From IMG/VR virus record IMGVR_UViG_3300028591_000105: a stretch of 64,000 nt of DNA. One strand, given 5' to 3'. This document shows, in pieces, positions 27,674 to 41,538 of the stretch. The stretch is from an uncultured virus (IMG/VR IMGVR_UViG_3300028591_000105) (lineage: Duplodnaviria > Heunggongvirae > Uroviricota > Caudoviricetes). The number at the start of each line of letters is the position of its first letter. Position 1 is the stretch's first letter. The position numbers and the translations under genes were made by a program. The notes under the pieces were generated by a model that searched no databases, had not been told where the DNA came from, and was given only the letters and a program-made list of their open reading frames with translations.

Positions 27674-28576
27674 TTAAATATAATCTCCTGTTAATTCCTT
27701 ATCTAAGAAAGTAATTTTAGCTATAGTTCTATTCTCTCTTCTTTCATTTTCATCGGGATACCCAATGAAATAAAAGTCACTAACAGTAGAACTATCATAA
27801 TTCTTTCCTAGTCTCATTGATAAACTTGAAGATAACTAAATTTTCGGCATTTCCAATATCGCAGTGGATTCTTGTCCACTATTTTCATCCTTTACAGTCA
27901 TTTTAGCGTCTAAACGCATAAAACAATTTTGAAGTCGTTTTCCAACTTCAATTACCTTAATCCTATCTTCATAGGTAAATGTATAATCTACCAACACCTT
28001 TCTATAAGATTTCTTAAAGAAAATCCTATTTCCATATATTTTAAATTCCTTAATAGGAAAACCTGTTTCTTCATCATAACAAAATATCCATTTTGTTCTA
28101 CTAGGCGGCAAAGGCTTTAACATTAACTCTTCACGCCGCCCCATCGGTAATTCTTCAAAATCTGGATTTGGCTACGCTCCAATTATATCCGCACAAGCAT
28201 TAGGACAAAATTTCAAAACAATATAACAATAATTTTCATCTTCTATTGCTTGAGCTACTTCTTTATTCATAATTGATTTTCTATCTGGTTCCTACAACTA
28301 TGAATTACTTAGCAATGCCCAGCTTGTAGGTGATAACACTCCGTGAGTAATCGCAAAATCCATTTCTTTATCTATTTCCCAATTTATTAGAGGGTCATTA
28401 TTATAGCCGCCCCGTGCTTGAATATTTTTCTTTTTTTCATTAATCTAAGCAATTTCTGCTGTAGAAAAAGTTAATACACTCTCATTCATTTCATACTTTT
28501 TTCCGCCAATTTCTAAAGGGCGGCAGAGACGTAAAGAAACATCATAAAGTTCTTTCATGCCCATAAAATTTTCCAC
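27674..28576 (-). CDS. divergent tail-tube-like paralogue 5, TAG=Gln
   Basis: GTG start; GMKELYDV and ARGGYNNDPLINWE echo the GIKEVADV and GG.GN..LI.W blocks of the upstream paralogues. Confidence 0.65.
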
Positions 28577-28669
28577 GATTCTCACCTCTTTTCAAATTCT
28601 AACTATTAAGTAGAATTTTCTTCATACTTATCTAAAAATAAAAGCGGCGCAAATAATACGCCGCATAAG

Positions 28670-30136
28670 TCAATATATTTCATCGTTAGTAAAGTCAATT
28701 TCCTTTGGCTCTATTGTAGTAGGAGTATAAGTATAAGTACTCTTTTGTGGAATAATATGAGTGCCACCATGTACAACATCTTCGTCTACATCAAATTGTC
28801 TTAATTCTATCATATTTCCATTTGGTGGAGCTAAAACTTCAACCGACATACTAAATGTTGTTGGGTCTCCATCAGCCTAAAGAGTAATATTAGTATCACT
28901 AGAAACTTTTGCTCGATTAATAACAAATTGATACTTCTAATCCTAATTTGTTTTATATTCTCGAATTTGAGTTTCTCCAACTATTTTATATTCATTAGGA
29001 AATGTTTCTGCATCTATAACCAAAGTTCTACCGAGTATACCATCATCCGCTCCAACCTTGTGCTTAACGGTTCTAGACCATTTATAATACACAGTGCCGG
29101 CCTTGATAGTAAATTCATCTAAATCAATTTTTCCATCAAAATCTCTATCATAGCCCTCTATTAAACTATCTTTATCATATTGATTTTTTTCTTTAGCATC
29201 CCAGCTCTTAATCAGTCCTTCATCAGTAATACTAACTAAGGGTCTCATAGTTTTAGCATCATAGTAAATAATATAACTGGAACTCTTATCATCCTAATAA
29301 AATTTTAGAAGATTTTCTTTTTGCTAAGAAGTGCTAATAGTTAAACCATTTTTATTTTTAACCACACACTTCTCCATTCTATCAATGACTTCTATATCAT
29401 GAAAGTTTGTATCTATTTCACCAAAATGTTTAAAGTCTGTGACATAAGAAATAATAGTATTTAAGATACATTGAGGCATAGCAGATTGATTTGCTAAAGA
29501 CTCATTAGCTTCTCCATTAATTTCTATTAAATCATCTAAATGTTCACTATACCAATTTCTCTTTAAATAACGCTTTTTTAATTCGGTTCTATTCTACTCT
29601 ATGCGTTGAGTATCTTTATCATAGTATCTCGTCCAAAAACGTACATCTTCGACAGATGCATCTTTCTTAGTAAAATTCCAACAATTACTACCAGTTCCAC
29701 AACTAGTTCTCTACTCTTCCGCCGCCCTAAGAACAATTTCAATTTCCTTTTCATTGAGCGGCGGCGAAGGATAGGCTTTTGTAGAATAATGTAATCTGCC
29801 ATATTTATTTGCTATACTTAATTTTGCTATTGCTGATAAATAAGGAGACAATTTCGCTTGTAAATCTCCACCCCACATCATACTCATAGATGCAGGCGTA
29901 AATAGCGCATCCTCTAAGTTCAAGGAAATATCTCTGCCAAAATTCCAACCAATTAATTTTTTATTTGCATATCCACCAGAATTATTTACTTTTGTTTCTG
30001 TTTTATCAAGAGTGGAAACTTTTAAGGTGTCAAGGAAAAGAACTGGAATATAAAACTCTTCATCTTCAATACGCACAATGCTATAAAATACTACATCGGC
30101 GACTTCTTTTATTCCATATTTTTGAAATAAATTCAT
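28670..30136 (-). CDS. tail-tube-like paralogue 4, TAG=Gln
   Basis: MNLFQKYGIKEVADV, LDTLKVST, LEDALFTPAS, FPNEYKIVGET, ADGDPTTF. Confidence 0.8.
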
Positions 30137-30140
30137 AATA

Positions 30141-32261
30141 TCAACCTCCTGTAGTATACTTTATTTCTGCTTCATACTCATTTGAAGTAAGTATTCTAGT
30201 ACTTCCATCGCTAAAATGTCCAAGTACAATAAGTTTATCTCTATCAGGTTCGCTTTCTAAATTCTATGGCACAATAGTGGGTGGTTTTTTACCGTGTCCT
30301 TTTTCATCACCATAAGGTTCTAAACAGTCTCCAGGGACACAATATACTGAATTTGATAGAGGACTAAGAACTTCTATTCTAACTAAAGTTGCGTCTAAGT
30401 CAACTTCAGGACACTCATTTTCAATAAATAATGCATCCACAGGAACTACTTCATGACTGCCACTGCAATATCCATCATATCGAGCCTATTCTACATCATA
30501 TTGAGTTAATTTCATCATTACTCCATCTTCACGCTGTAAAACATTAAAAGTCATGTTAAAAGTAGTAGGGTCTCCTGCTGCCTCAAGAGTTAAACTTGTA
30601 TTAGAATTTAACTTACATAATGGAATTTCAAACTAATATCTCTAATCTTGCCCATCGTCTCTTGCACGAGCATATGTTTCTCCTACAAGACGAAAAGCAC
30701 CAGGAAAATGCTTTGCATCTACAATAATTTGTCTACCTAGCGATTTATATTTTGGAGCACGCCGGCGAGTCCATTTATAATAAACCTAATCTTCTTTTAT
30801 AAGACATAAATTACCTTCTACAATCTCACCATTTCTTCTATGAAAATGGTCTAAATTTGCTTCATAAGGTTTCATTGTTTTAGGATTGATAAAGACAGTT
30901 AACTCATTAGTATTATACTAAGGTAACTATCTCATTTGCTCCATACGCAAATTTCTATCTGCATTTATACAAAAAGTTTGTGTTGCAATACATTTTTCCA
31001 TTCGTTCTAAATAATTAACGTCTTTAATTCCATAATCTAGGGGATGAATAACATCCTCTAAATTACCCTAATAGTTTAATGGCTCAATAATATAAAAAGT
31101 TCCTACTAAAACTCGAATAAAATAATGTATTTCTTCGTTTTTTTCGTTTAATAAGGTATCTTTCCAATTTACATAAAAATTGATTTTTGAATCATAAGGC
31201 TCATATTTCCATTCTAATCCAGAATTCGCATTTCTTTTTAAATCAGTATCTGTATAGTATATAATTTCTGTTCCTTCTGAATTATATAGCCTTCTTTGTG
31301 ATGCCATAATTGTTTTACTTGCCTAATCAACTGGCATTCTATAACGTATATTAATACTCTTATTATAATAAGTATCCTATTCTCCTTCTAAGGAAATCAT
31401 TTTTATATCAGTATCTTGCCAAGTATATTGTAATTCCTCTATATTAGGCTCATTACAGTTTTTACTTTTTAATCCGTAAGCCTTGTTACATAAATCAACA
31501 TAGGTCGCTTCAACATTATCACCTTTTAAATCATAATGTAAAGCCTAGTAATCAAAATTACCAAAAGTATCAAGTATTAATTCAGCTTTTTCTGGACGTA
31601 CTCTATGTTTCATCATATATTCACAAGTATAAACAGAAGGTTTATAAGAATCTTCAATTATTTCTTTGTCTCTGTATTTTGTATAATTATTAGTCTTATA
31701 AGATTCTCCTTTAAAACAACCTTTATAAGGTCCACTTTCAATAATATCTTCATTTTCAGAAGCATATTTATACTTACCCTATGCCGGCGAATAAGTTACA
31801 TATTTCTTTTCACCATCACATGGACAGATAAAAGGAATATACAATTTCTTTTCTTCGAGTGTTTTTTGATTATACTCATTCTAAGTTATAACTATTTTAT
31901 TTACATATATAGGTTTTCCATATCTATCTTTTTTGTAAATATACGGATCCCAGGCGCCATATATCTTTTGTTTCCCTAATCCGAATAGACCATCCCACAT
32001 AAGGCTTTGACTCGCCGGCGAATACAGAGCATCCTCTAAAGTAACTGTAATTTCTTTATCAAAATTCCAAGTAATTAAATGAGGATTCCCTAATCCGCCG
32101 CGAGCAGAAGTTTCGCTTGCCTATTGTTCAAGGGTAGAAACTTTTAATGTATCAAAATACATTACTGGGATGTAAACTTCATCATCATATTTGTCAAGTG
32201 CGATAGCATAAAGAGTACAGTCAGCGACTTCTTTTATACCATATTGTTCAAAAATATTCAC
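30141..32261 (-). CDS. tail-tube-like paralogue 3, TAG=Gln
   Basis: GTG start; NIFEQYGIKEVAD, FDTLKVST, LEDALYSPAS, FPGAFRLVGET, AAGDPTTF. Confidence 0.8.
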
Positions 32262-32282
32262 ACTGACATCCCTCCTTTTATA

Positions 32283-34292
32283 TTACTCGCTCAACACTTC
32301 TGAAGAGCCATCTACCGCATAGTAGCAACCATTTTCGCCTTCTATCATTTTAGTGGCTATTTCATAAGCCGTTACTTCCATCATTTTTCCATTTTGAGGC
32401 TAAGCTACTTCAAGACTAAGTGTAAATACCACTGGGTCGCCGGCAGCTTCAAGTGTTAAAGTCTAATCTGCTTTTACTTTACATGATGGAATCCTAATCT
32501 ATAATCTTTCATCTTCTCCAGTATCACGAGAGCGTAGCCATGTTTCACCAACTAACATATACATACCTGGCCATTGGTCTGCGCGAACTACTATTTTATT
32601 GCCTTTTAACTACTTCTTCTCAGGAGCTAAAGTTAAAGATTTAATATAGTAAGCCTCTCCTTCATTAAACCAATAATCATCGTCATAAGGAGCCATTGTT
32701 CTTGGATTTACATAAGCCCACAACTTACCTTCAACTCTCGCCGCCTCATCATCAAGATTTTCATTAACTTTTGTTACATTAGTGTCAACTGCCCAATTAT
32801 CAACACCATCTTCTGTTAGTGCTCTAATTGTTGCAGATTTAATTGACATAATATCTTTTTCATATTTTGTAATTAAGAAATAAATCATTTCATTAATTGA
32901 ATCAAATCTAAGCCACATATCTATACCTTTAAATTGACTAACATCTATATCAATTGATGGCTTATACCAGATAACTTCATTTCTAGCAAATTCATCTTCT
33001 GTATTTTTGATTTCAGTAACTTTACCAACTAAAGGAGTATAATTATCATTATTATCTACAATAATAGCTAAGTACTGAGCATCTTTAATAGCACAAGTTG
33101 CAGTTACTTCATTAACTGAACCATAGTGGTCATCATATTTTAAATCTGTATGCGCATGATTCTACAAATAGTTCACTAAACTTCCATCAAAATAATCGGC
33201 TATAATTGTTGTTCTACAAGTAGGAAGGATATTTTCTACACCAGTTTCACTTAATTCAAATACTTTAGGTATGTACTTAAAAGTATAATGAGCCGGAGTA
33301 ATTACTTCGGTTTCTTCATCAATACTTTGAGGAATATAAGTTCCCTATATCTACTTATTAAATTTATCAAAAGGAATATAGTAAATTGTTTTTTCACTAT
33401 TACTAAAGTATCCTTCTTCATAAAGTATATACCCATTTTCTGATAATAATTTAGCTAAGCTAATTGTAGAATTTAAGTTCTCTGAATCATATTCTAATTC
33501 ATCTAAAGTTTTTACTTCACCCATATTTTCCATAGCATCATCAAAAATAATTTTTGCTAAAGGAGGAATATGACAAACTCCTTTATTATTTATTCTATAT
33601 ATAATGGCATCCTTATAATTCTCATAAGTTGGTAGAGAATTAACAGAAACTTTTCTATCCCAATCAATAGGATAGGATTTTCCTTTAATATCAAAAAATC
33701 TATCTGGAACAACTGCAATTGATTTTACTACCGACTCAATTGCCATTTTCCATCTATAAGTATGATTTCTAACCATACCAAAGCCTCGTATATCAGTGCC
33801 GTCAACAACAGAAGAAATCTTTAAGATTCCAAGGTCATTATCTACTGCATCTGCCTATACCTGAGGTAGTAAATGACTAATAGTTACACTACCTCTATCT
33901 TCACGAGGATAAAATACTTTTTCCATACGAGATACTGCTTTTAAAGGATTCTAACATCCGCAAGCATTTGTTTTAAAATTAATCTTAGCATCTTTCCAAT
34001 TTGCACTAAGTATACCATCCCAGCATAATCCTAAGGAAGCCGGCGTACAAAGAGCGTCTTCTAAGGTTACATTAATAGTTTTGCCGTGGTCCCAATTTAT
34101 TAATCGGGCATTTCCTAAACCACCCTCAGCCCATGTAGATTCACCAGTTTTCTCGGTTGTACTTACTTTTAACGTATCCAAATATAAAGCAGGAACATAG
34201 TATAAATCGCCACTACCATCTTGTTTCTTATGGATACTATATAAAGTAACATCAGCCACTTCCTTTATTCCATATTGGTCGAATAAATTCAT
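32283..34292 (-). CDS. tail-tube-like paralogue 2, TAG=Gln
   Basis: MNLFDQYGIKEVADV, LDTLKVST, LEDALCTPAS, WPGMYMLVGET, AAGDPVVF; fragments in one frame. Confidence 0.8.
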
Positions 34293-34371
34293 GCCTTACC
34301 CTCCTTATTATAGTGAAATTGGCTATTGAGCTAATCACTCAATAGCCAATTTTTCACTTGAATCTATTTAA

Positions 34372-37029
34372 TTAATATTCAGTTGCGCCGATATAGGTTT
34401 CTTCTTCACTATGAGCGCCACCTACCTTAAAGAGTTCAGCGCTATCAAGAAGATTTAAGTTCTCGGTACCTACAACCATAGTAGAACCATCATTCTCAGC
34501 TTCATTTTCAATTACATTGTACTGTACGAAACGTACCATTACTCCATCATCAGGACGAAGAACAGTTAAGTCCATATCAAATACAACAGGGTCGCCATCG
34601 GCTTCAAGAGTAATAGTTCTTTCACTATTCATCTTAGCCTGTGGAATAGTAAACTGGAATCTCTCTTCCTTACCAGTGTCCTTATTCTTAATATAAGTAT
34701 CACCGACAATCTTATAAGTTCCAGGGAACTTATCAGCAGAGATTTCAATTGTATGTCCAATAGACTGACCTTCATAAGCAACAGAGCGAGTATACTTTAA
34801 GAAGATTTCGCCCTCTGCAATAGGAGTACCATCAGGATATGGCTCCATAGTATTGGGGTCGATAAATACTGCCTGAGCGGTCTTATCAGCCTCAGTAGGA
34901 GTACCATTCTGATTGCCTTCTGGAACAATGAAACTTCTCTTAGCAAGAACCTTCTCTACACGGTCAATTGACTTAGTTTCCTTTACGCCCTTACGGAAGT
35001 CATCTCCATCATATGCACCAAGAGAGGCACTAAATGAAGCAGGAGTAAAGAGAGCATCTTCAAGGCTTAGAGTAATAGTCTTACCAAAGTCCCAACCAAT
35101 AAGATTTCCATTTCCATGTCCACCGGTTGCATATGCCTCTTCAGCAGTCTGCTCAATGGTAGAAACCTTTAATGTATCAAGGAATAGAACTGGAGTATAG
35201 CGGTTAGTAGTCTTTACGGTCTTACGAACTGAAAGACTCTTAACAGAGCAAGTAGCTTCAAAGCTCTCATCATTTGCAGTAATAGTAGTAGTATGGATTA
35301 AACCATTTGAAACAAGAGACTTAGCCTGCTTATCGGTTACAAAACCATTGCTACCTACCATCCAAGCTACTCTAGATACGTTTCTCTCACCATGACGATT
35401 AACGACAAAGATTAGACCCTTATTGCCAATAATTACTAGAGCGAGCCACTCTGTGCCGGCAAAAATCTTATCCTGGTAGTATACCTTATTACCCTTCTTA
35501 TCAGTAAAGCTAAATACACCTTCGGTATCAGTAGCTAATCTCTTATAATTCTTATTATGGAGTAAGTAAATATAAGACTGAGCGGCAAGACTTGCATTGG
35601 CAGTATTTACATATATTGCTCTATTAGATTCCTTACTTTCTGAATAATCAACTTCAATTTCTTTTCCTAATGCATCTTCGCTATAGCCTAGCGCGGCAAG
35701 AGCATCGAGCACAGCTTCAAGAGAATACTTAGAAGTTAATCCACTTACTACTTCTGCTCCACCATAGGAATAACTATAATTAGCATCTGCATCATCTGTA
35801 TCAGCATTGCCAATTTTTGGAATCTTCTGACCAGTTACTTTATAACCACCATAAAGTCCAACAATACCCATAGCAGAAGTACCATCTGCATCAAGAATCT
35901 TCTATTGCTGTCTTAGGGCTGCGATAGCATCATTAATAGAATAATGAGTATCTTCTCCCCACATTACAGCTCTTGCAAGAACATTATCTACATTATCAAA
36001 AGCAGTTGCATAATTTTCTGCACCAGTTTTCTCAAATGCACCATTATTATACTTCACGCCTAAGAACTTAGGATTGTAATAACCCATTTCATCTTCTACA
36101 ACAAGTTCAGCATAAAGGTCATAAGTAACGTCATAAGCCTTAGCAATAAATGAATCAGTTAATTTACCAATTTCTTCACTTACCTCTTCGACATTGTAGT
36201 TACCATCAGACCAACTTGCGGCGTCTTCGCCGGCGCTATTAATGCCTAAAACTACAGCTCTGTCATTAGAATTAGGTGTAACAGCATAAGAATCTTCAAA
36301 GGCTAAACTACCCATTAATTTAGCAGGATTCTTAAAGCGATAACGAACACCAGTTTTGTCAATTAAATTCTATCTCTTAGCAAAAAGCATAAATGCTTGC
36401 TCAGCATAAGAATATTCATGAGTACCAGGATTAGGGCGCTTATTTTTGTCTCCTTGAGTAGTTCCACGACTACCTACAACACCAGTACTTAATTCACCAG
36501 TAGTATCTTTAGTGGCTGTTGCAGTTGCAGTAAAAGTAACGTTATATACACCTTCTTCTTCAGTAGAACTGTATTTTACATTGTAAACACTAAAGGTAAG
36601 GCCTGTAATATCTGTTCCATCTGGTGTAATTACTTCACTTTGAGTATAATTTTCTACTCCTTCTAATCCGTCAGTAATTGTCGCTTCACTAACTCCTGAA
36701 ACAGTTTTTTTCTCTGTTGGCTCAGTGGTAGATTTAAAACTACCTGTAAAAGTGCTTGTAACTGTAATTCCTTCATCATCACAATCATAATTCTCGCCAT
36801 AAATTATATCAGCATCAGTAAAAACGTAAGCCTAGAAACCTTCGTCTCCACTAATACCATTATCATCAAAAGGATAAACAGTTCTTAGCTCAACTGCACC
36901 CCTTAAAACTGAAGCTACGCTAATATTTCTTTGTGCTTCATAAGTTTCTTCTTTCTTTTCAATACGATAGAAGGTAACATCAGCAACGTCCTTGATACCG
37001 TATTTTTCAAAGAGATTCTGTGTAGCCAT
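34372..37029 (-). CDS. probable major tail tube protein with large inserted domain (~885 aa), TAG=Gln
   Basis: fragments 36832, 35902, 34372 in one frame; same conserved blocks; capsid-like codon bias and its own downstream terminator suggest it is the abundant subunit. Confidence 0.75.
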
Positions 37030-37041
37030 CTTTCAACCTCC

Positions 37042-37794
37042 TTAATTATTAGAGCTTTCGCCCCAGTATTTGGTTTTTAGCTTTTTACTATCTGCGCCGG
37101 CGCAAAACATTTGCATATTAAGTTCCCATGTTTCACGAGCCTAATATCGAGGTAGCAGATGATAAATAGCATATAAACTTTCTTTCTTATAATCAATTCC
37201 ATAGACTTTGGCATTTTCAATTATATTCTAAATTGAAAACTCATTATTGCCTGATTTCTAAGCCTAACGCCTCTTTGCTTCAGCAACTCGCTCCGCATTA
37301 ATACGACGTTTACGCTCCCATTCAGTTTCATTCTCTGGCGGCGGCACAATAACGTCCTTATTATTATGAATTCTTATTATATTCTAAAATTCTTCAAAAT
37401 TTTTAGGAGTTATCAAACGTTTATCCGCAGGGTCTCCAACAACTATAGAATTTAGTTTAGGAAGTAGTATTATATCCTCCTTTATAAAAGTAGAGAATAT
37501 CTGCTACAGTTCTAAAAAAAATAAATCATTCTAATCAGCACTAAGTAGTAAATATTCCAGAGGATTAAATTCACCAAATTTTTCATCCCATTTGCCAATT
37601 TTTTCTTTAATAGAGCTCATTATTTGCTAAGTAGTTAAAAGTAAGGTTCCTACATATGAATTATATTTATTCCAACCAAGAGTAAATATTTCTTCCATAG
37701 TTAATGGATAAACATTACATACTCCACTTAAAGTACTTGGAACGCAAGAAAAAGCCTAGAGTTTTATATCTTCTATCTTCTCAGGAGAAAGCAT
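37042..37794 (-). CDS. hypothetical head-tail region protein, TAG=Gln
   Basis: ATG 37794, many TAGs, TAA at 37042; absent from ORF track. Confidence 0.65.
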
Positions 37795-38281
37795 TTATAC
37801 GAAACCTCATAGTATAACTACCCATTTCTTCTGTTAAAGTAGAAAGGGTAAAACCTTCATAGGCTATTTCTCCTAATCCATTAATGCGCTTATTTTGTAA
37901 AGACTTGCGCACTTCTGCCATAATAGCAAAAGGACGAAGATTATCTCCTGCAATATTCCACTCTTTAAAAGGACAAAGCACTTCAACTATAAATGATAGA
38001 TTCTCATTATCTGAATTCTAAGAACTAATTGTGCCGGTATCAAACAGTAACACAAGTTTTGATTTTGTACTCTATTCTTCTGCGGTTAATAAAGGAGTAG
38101 TTCTAATTAAAGTATTCCAAACAGAAAATCCATCAACTTTTTCGGGATGAACGGTTTTATTTAATGGCTCGAGGTCTGTATTCTATAATAGCATTACTAA
38201 ACTTTCATTTTTACATAGTCTTTTTGCCATTTTAATTAAATTAGGTCCAATCTCTTGTCCATATTTAACACTAGAATCCAT
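37781..38281 (-). CDS. putative tail terminator / completion protein, TAG=Gln
   Basis: GAGGTG RBS; position before tail tube; extends track ORF 37781. Confidence 0.6.
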
Positions 38282-38291
38282 TCCTCTCACC

Positions 38292-39017
38292 TCACTTATT
38301 CAGTAAGAAGAAGTTGGTATCTTCTCCTACTAATATATTTTCCGAAGAGCGCGGCTCCTCTTCGGTATATAATTTTTCTTGAATACAAGTAAATGCAACT
38401 CGTGGGATACTTATATTATCTTTTCCGCTAATCTCCCAACCTCTTTCATGGTAGGAGAAATACTTTCCTTTTTTCAAAAAGTCTGCGTCGGCAGTAATAA
38501 AAGTCCTATTACTCGCCGCCTCTCTATAGCCAATTCCAGTAGTATGGAATGTATCCTATATAAAGGTTGAAGTTGCACTTACGAATTTAACGGGAACAAT
38601 CTGTTGAGTATCACCATACTCATTAGTTAAATTAATTTCACCATCAAGGCAAATTATTTTAAAACACTAATATCCCTATGTAATGTTCTCTTCTACAAAG
38701 AGAACAAGCCAAATCTTATCGTATTCTACATTTTTTATTTTCTAAAATATATGTAAAATGTCACCAGTCTTTAATGCCGCAGCACTAGTAGACATGAGTA
38801 AATTTCCAATAAGATTGCTCTCGTTCCATTTATTCGGCTATAATGAACATACAGTATCCCTTGGTTCATCATTGACCTAATATAATAAACATTGATATTC
38901 TGTATTTTTTAAAAAAATCCTATCAAATTCTTTTTCTTTTCGAGTTTTTATTCGCTCTTGCCGAGTAATTCCATCTCGATTCATTCTTTTTAGGTATACA
39001 TCATTAAAATAATTCAT
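38292..39017 (-). CDS. putative head closure protein, TAG=Gln
   Basis: single frame through TAGs; position in head-tail block. Confidence 0.6.
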
Positions 39018-39286
39018 GGGCAATCAATCCTGTCAAATAAATTCATACACTCGAAAAGTGTTTTTCGATAATACTAAAAAGCTAAATATCTACAAGATGC
39101 CAACTTTGCATATAATGTATAATATTCAATAGTTTTACTATTATCACTATATCCTAATAATTCTATAAGAATGGTATCAAGAAATTTTTCCCATTCTCCA
39201 TTTTTCTCTCTTTCTCTCAAAAGACCAAAAAGACGCTTTTTCATTTTGTCTCGATATGCTTCTCGGACAATATCTACCTAATTCAA
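39014..39286 (-). CDS. small hypothetical protein, TAG=Gln
   Basis: TTG start overlapping previous TGA; YRDKMKKRLFGLLRERE...; TGA overlaps next ATG. Confidence 0.6.
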
Positions 39287-39747
39287 TATGTTCTACCCTA
39301 TCTTCCGCCAGCGAGACGACCATAATTAAATGGTCTGCGATTTACCGAGCGGTAATATACTCGTTCTATTGATTTAGCTTCTTCTATGACCTAATCTTTA
39401 AGAGAGATAAATGTTTTTAAAAGGTTAGCTTGAGAAAAATCTTTCTCTTCATATTGAGTTTTAATATTTTCCCAAGAATCAACTGTTCGCTTTAACCATT
39501 CTGCTTTCATATAAGTAGCAATAACTTGAATTTCTGCCTATCCCATTGAAGCATCTTTAAAGCATTGATTTTCTTCATCTATAGTAAGGTCACAACGAGG
39601 AAATTTAAAATATGGTAAAGCAGAATTTAAAAAAGCTCTCCAATCCTGTAAGAACCACTCTAAATCTTCTTCGGTATAGCATTGTGACCAATCATCTTCA
39701 TTAACTTTTGCCAAGAAAGCATCGTATACATCCATGAGTAGAACCAT
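39283..39747 (-). CDS. putative head-tail adaptor, TAG=Gln
   Basis: VYDAFLAKVNED...EIQVIATYMKAEWL; position after capsid. Confidence 0.65.
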
Positions 39748-39762
39748 AATATCTACCTTCTA

Positions 39763-40275
39763 TTAATGATTACGCTTCGCTGCCTCTGCTTTTTCTGCCG
39801 CGGCAACATCTTCACGAGTAGAAATTGCTTTTAGAATATCCTTCTTGGTAACTTCTTTTACCCAACTGCATTTTGCAGTATCAACAATACTATTAGTAAT
39901 AGCATACTCAATAAGAGAATCAGCCTGAACCTTAGTTAATTTACCAAACTGTACTTTAAAAACATCGAGAGGTAAATTTTTCCACATTTCTTCCATTTTC
40001 TTGGGGTCAAGATTGATGATATTAACTGGCTCAGTAACGCCTTCGGGTTCTAATCCTAAATCAATCTTATCCTTTAAACTTTCAATATAAAGATAACCAG
40101 AAGTAAAAAGATTTTTAACTCCAGTATCCCACATTGCTTCCTCAAGAATATCAAATGGGATGCGCATTTTTTGTCCAAACTGCTGCCATTGACGATTAAG
40201 TCCCAAATGGGGCTTTCTAATACTAATATTTCCATTAATCATATTGGTAACAATTACCTGTCTTACTTCACTCAT
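39763..40275 (-). CDS. hypothetical protein after capsid (no TAG)
   Basis: AGGAGG RBS, intact 170-aa ORF. Confidence 0.8.
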   Translation of the reverse strand: MSEVRQVIVTNMINGNISIRKPHLGLNRQWQQFGQKMRIPFDILEEAMWDTGVKNLFTSGYLYIESLKDKIDLGLEPEGVTEPVNIINLDPKKMEEMWKNLPLDVFKVQFGKLTKVQADSLIEYAITNSIVDTAKCSWVKEVTKKDILKAISTREDVAAAEKAEAAKRNH

Positions 40276-40380
40276 ATTTAATTCCTCCTTTTAACTCACG
40301 CCGGCCGCCGGCGCTGTGTAATTTAATAAAATAAAAATGTGGTGAGTGAGCATTACTCACTCACCACTAGTGATTAATAA

Positions 40381-41514
40381 TTATTCAAAATTAGTAGGGT
40401 ACTTGGTAGGATACTTACTCTGATCCTGTAGATCGGTATTTACATATACACACCAGTCATAATCAGTAAGAATTGCTACACCAATTCTCTGATAAACTTC
40501 AACTTCCATATTACGGTCTCTATGTCCTTCGGAAGCGCCCCATTCATTAATCTGAACAGGTCCTTCGATAACAATCTTGACAGGCTTTTCTCTTCCAGCA
40601 GGGAAAATATAAGCAACTGCAGGATTAGTTACATAAACCTCATTAGTCTCATCAGTATAAGACTGAGGCATTTCAACGATAGGATTACCGCGGAAAGTCT
40701 TAATTCTACCATATGCAGCAATTTCCTCAATATTTCTTGGGTTATAAACAGGAGTAGCATATCCAGGTGCAGAACCAGCAGTAGGATTTGCAGATAAAGC
40801 ATAGGTACCGTAAACTGGCATACCAATAGCGTCAGGGCCCATTGCGGCAACGAACTCAGGAGTAGCATAAATAGTTACGCCATTACCATAAGTTCCTGCT
40901 ACAGAACAAGCCTTAGCCATAAGGTCTGCATCGAAACCAGCACTTACATATCTATTATTAGCAGGTCTGCTCTGAGAATTTACAGAAGCAAGAAGAGCCT
41001 TCTGTACTTCACCGTAAATAGCTTCCTGGAGACCTTCAAGTAGAATTTCAAGAGACTCTGCAATATCTTCGGTATCCTCACCGCAAAGATAACGTTCAAA
41101 GTCAATATATGCAGCACCACCAATTGCACGTCCGCCTACTTCGAAGGTGTTCTTATCAAGTCTAAAGCTCTCATAAACACCAGAAAGACCAACTTCAGTG
41201 ATAAACTGCTTAGCACGTCTACGACCAGTCTTAATAACAAACTGTGCCTTCTGATTTAAAGGAACTGTTCTAATTTCTGCAAAAGTTCCCATGAAGTCTT
41301 CGATAGACTTAGGAAGAACTTCAGTCCATGCTTCCTGAGCAATCTAATAAACGTCCCACTTATTTTTCTGGAAAGAGTAATAATCAGGAGCAAGCTCCTT
41401 AAGAGCACTCTTTACTGTCTCTCTTACGTCGTCTGCTGAATACTTAGTAGGGTCAGGAGTACGTCCGTAGAAAGAGCATACAACTAAATCCTTAATAGCT
41501 TTTAAATCTGCCAT
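40381..41514 (-). CDS. major capsid protein, single TAG=Gln at codon 57
   Basis: AGGAGG RBS, MADLKAIK; fragments joined at TAG 41344; ~377 aa, follows scaffold and decoration genes, biased codon usage, terminator at 40331-40367. Confidence 0.85.
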
Positions 41515-41538
41515 AGTCTTTCTCAACCTCCTTTACTA

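Noticed and set aside
28670..37029. Diversity-generating retroelement template/variable repeats
   Set aside because: Similarity is at protein-motif level, not near-identical DNA with adenine-specific changes; no reverse transcriptase seen
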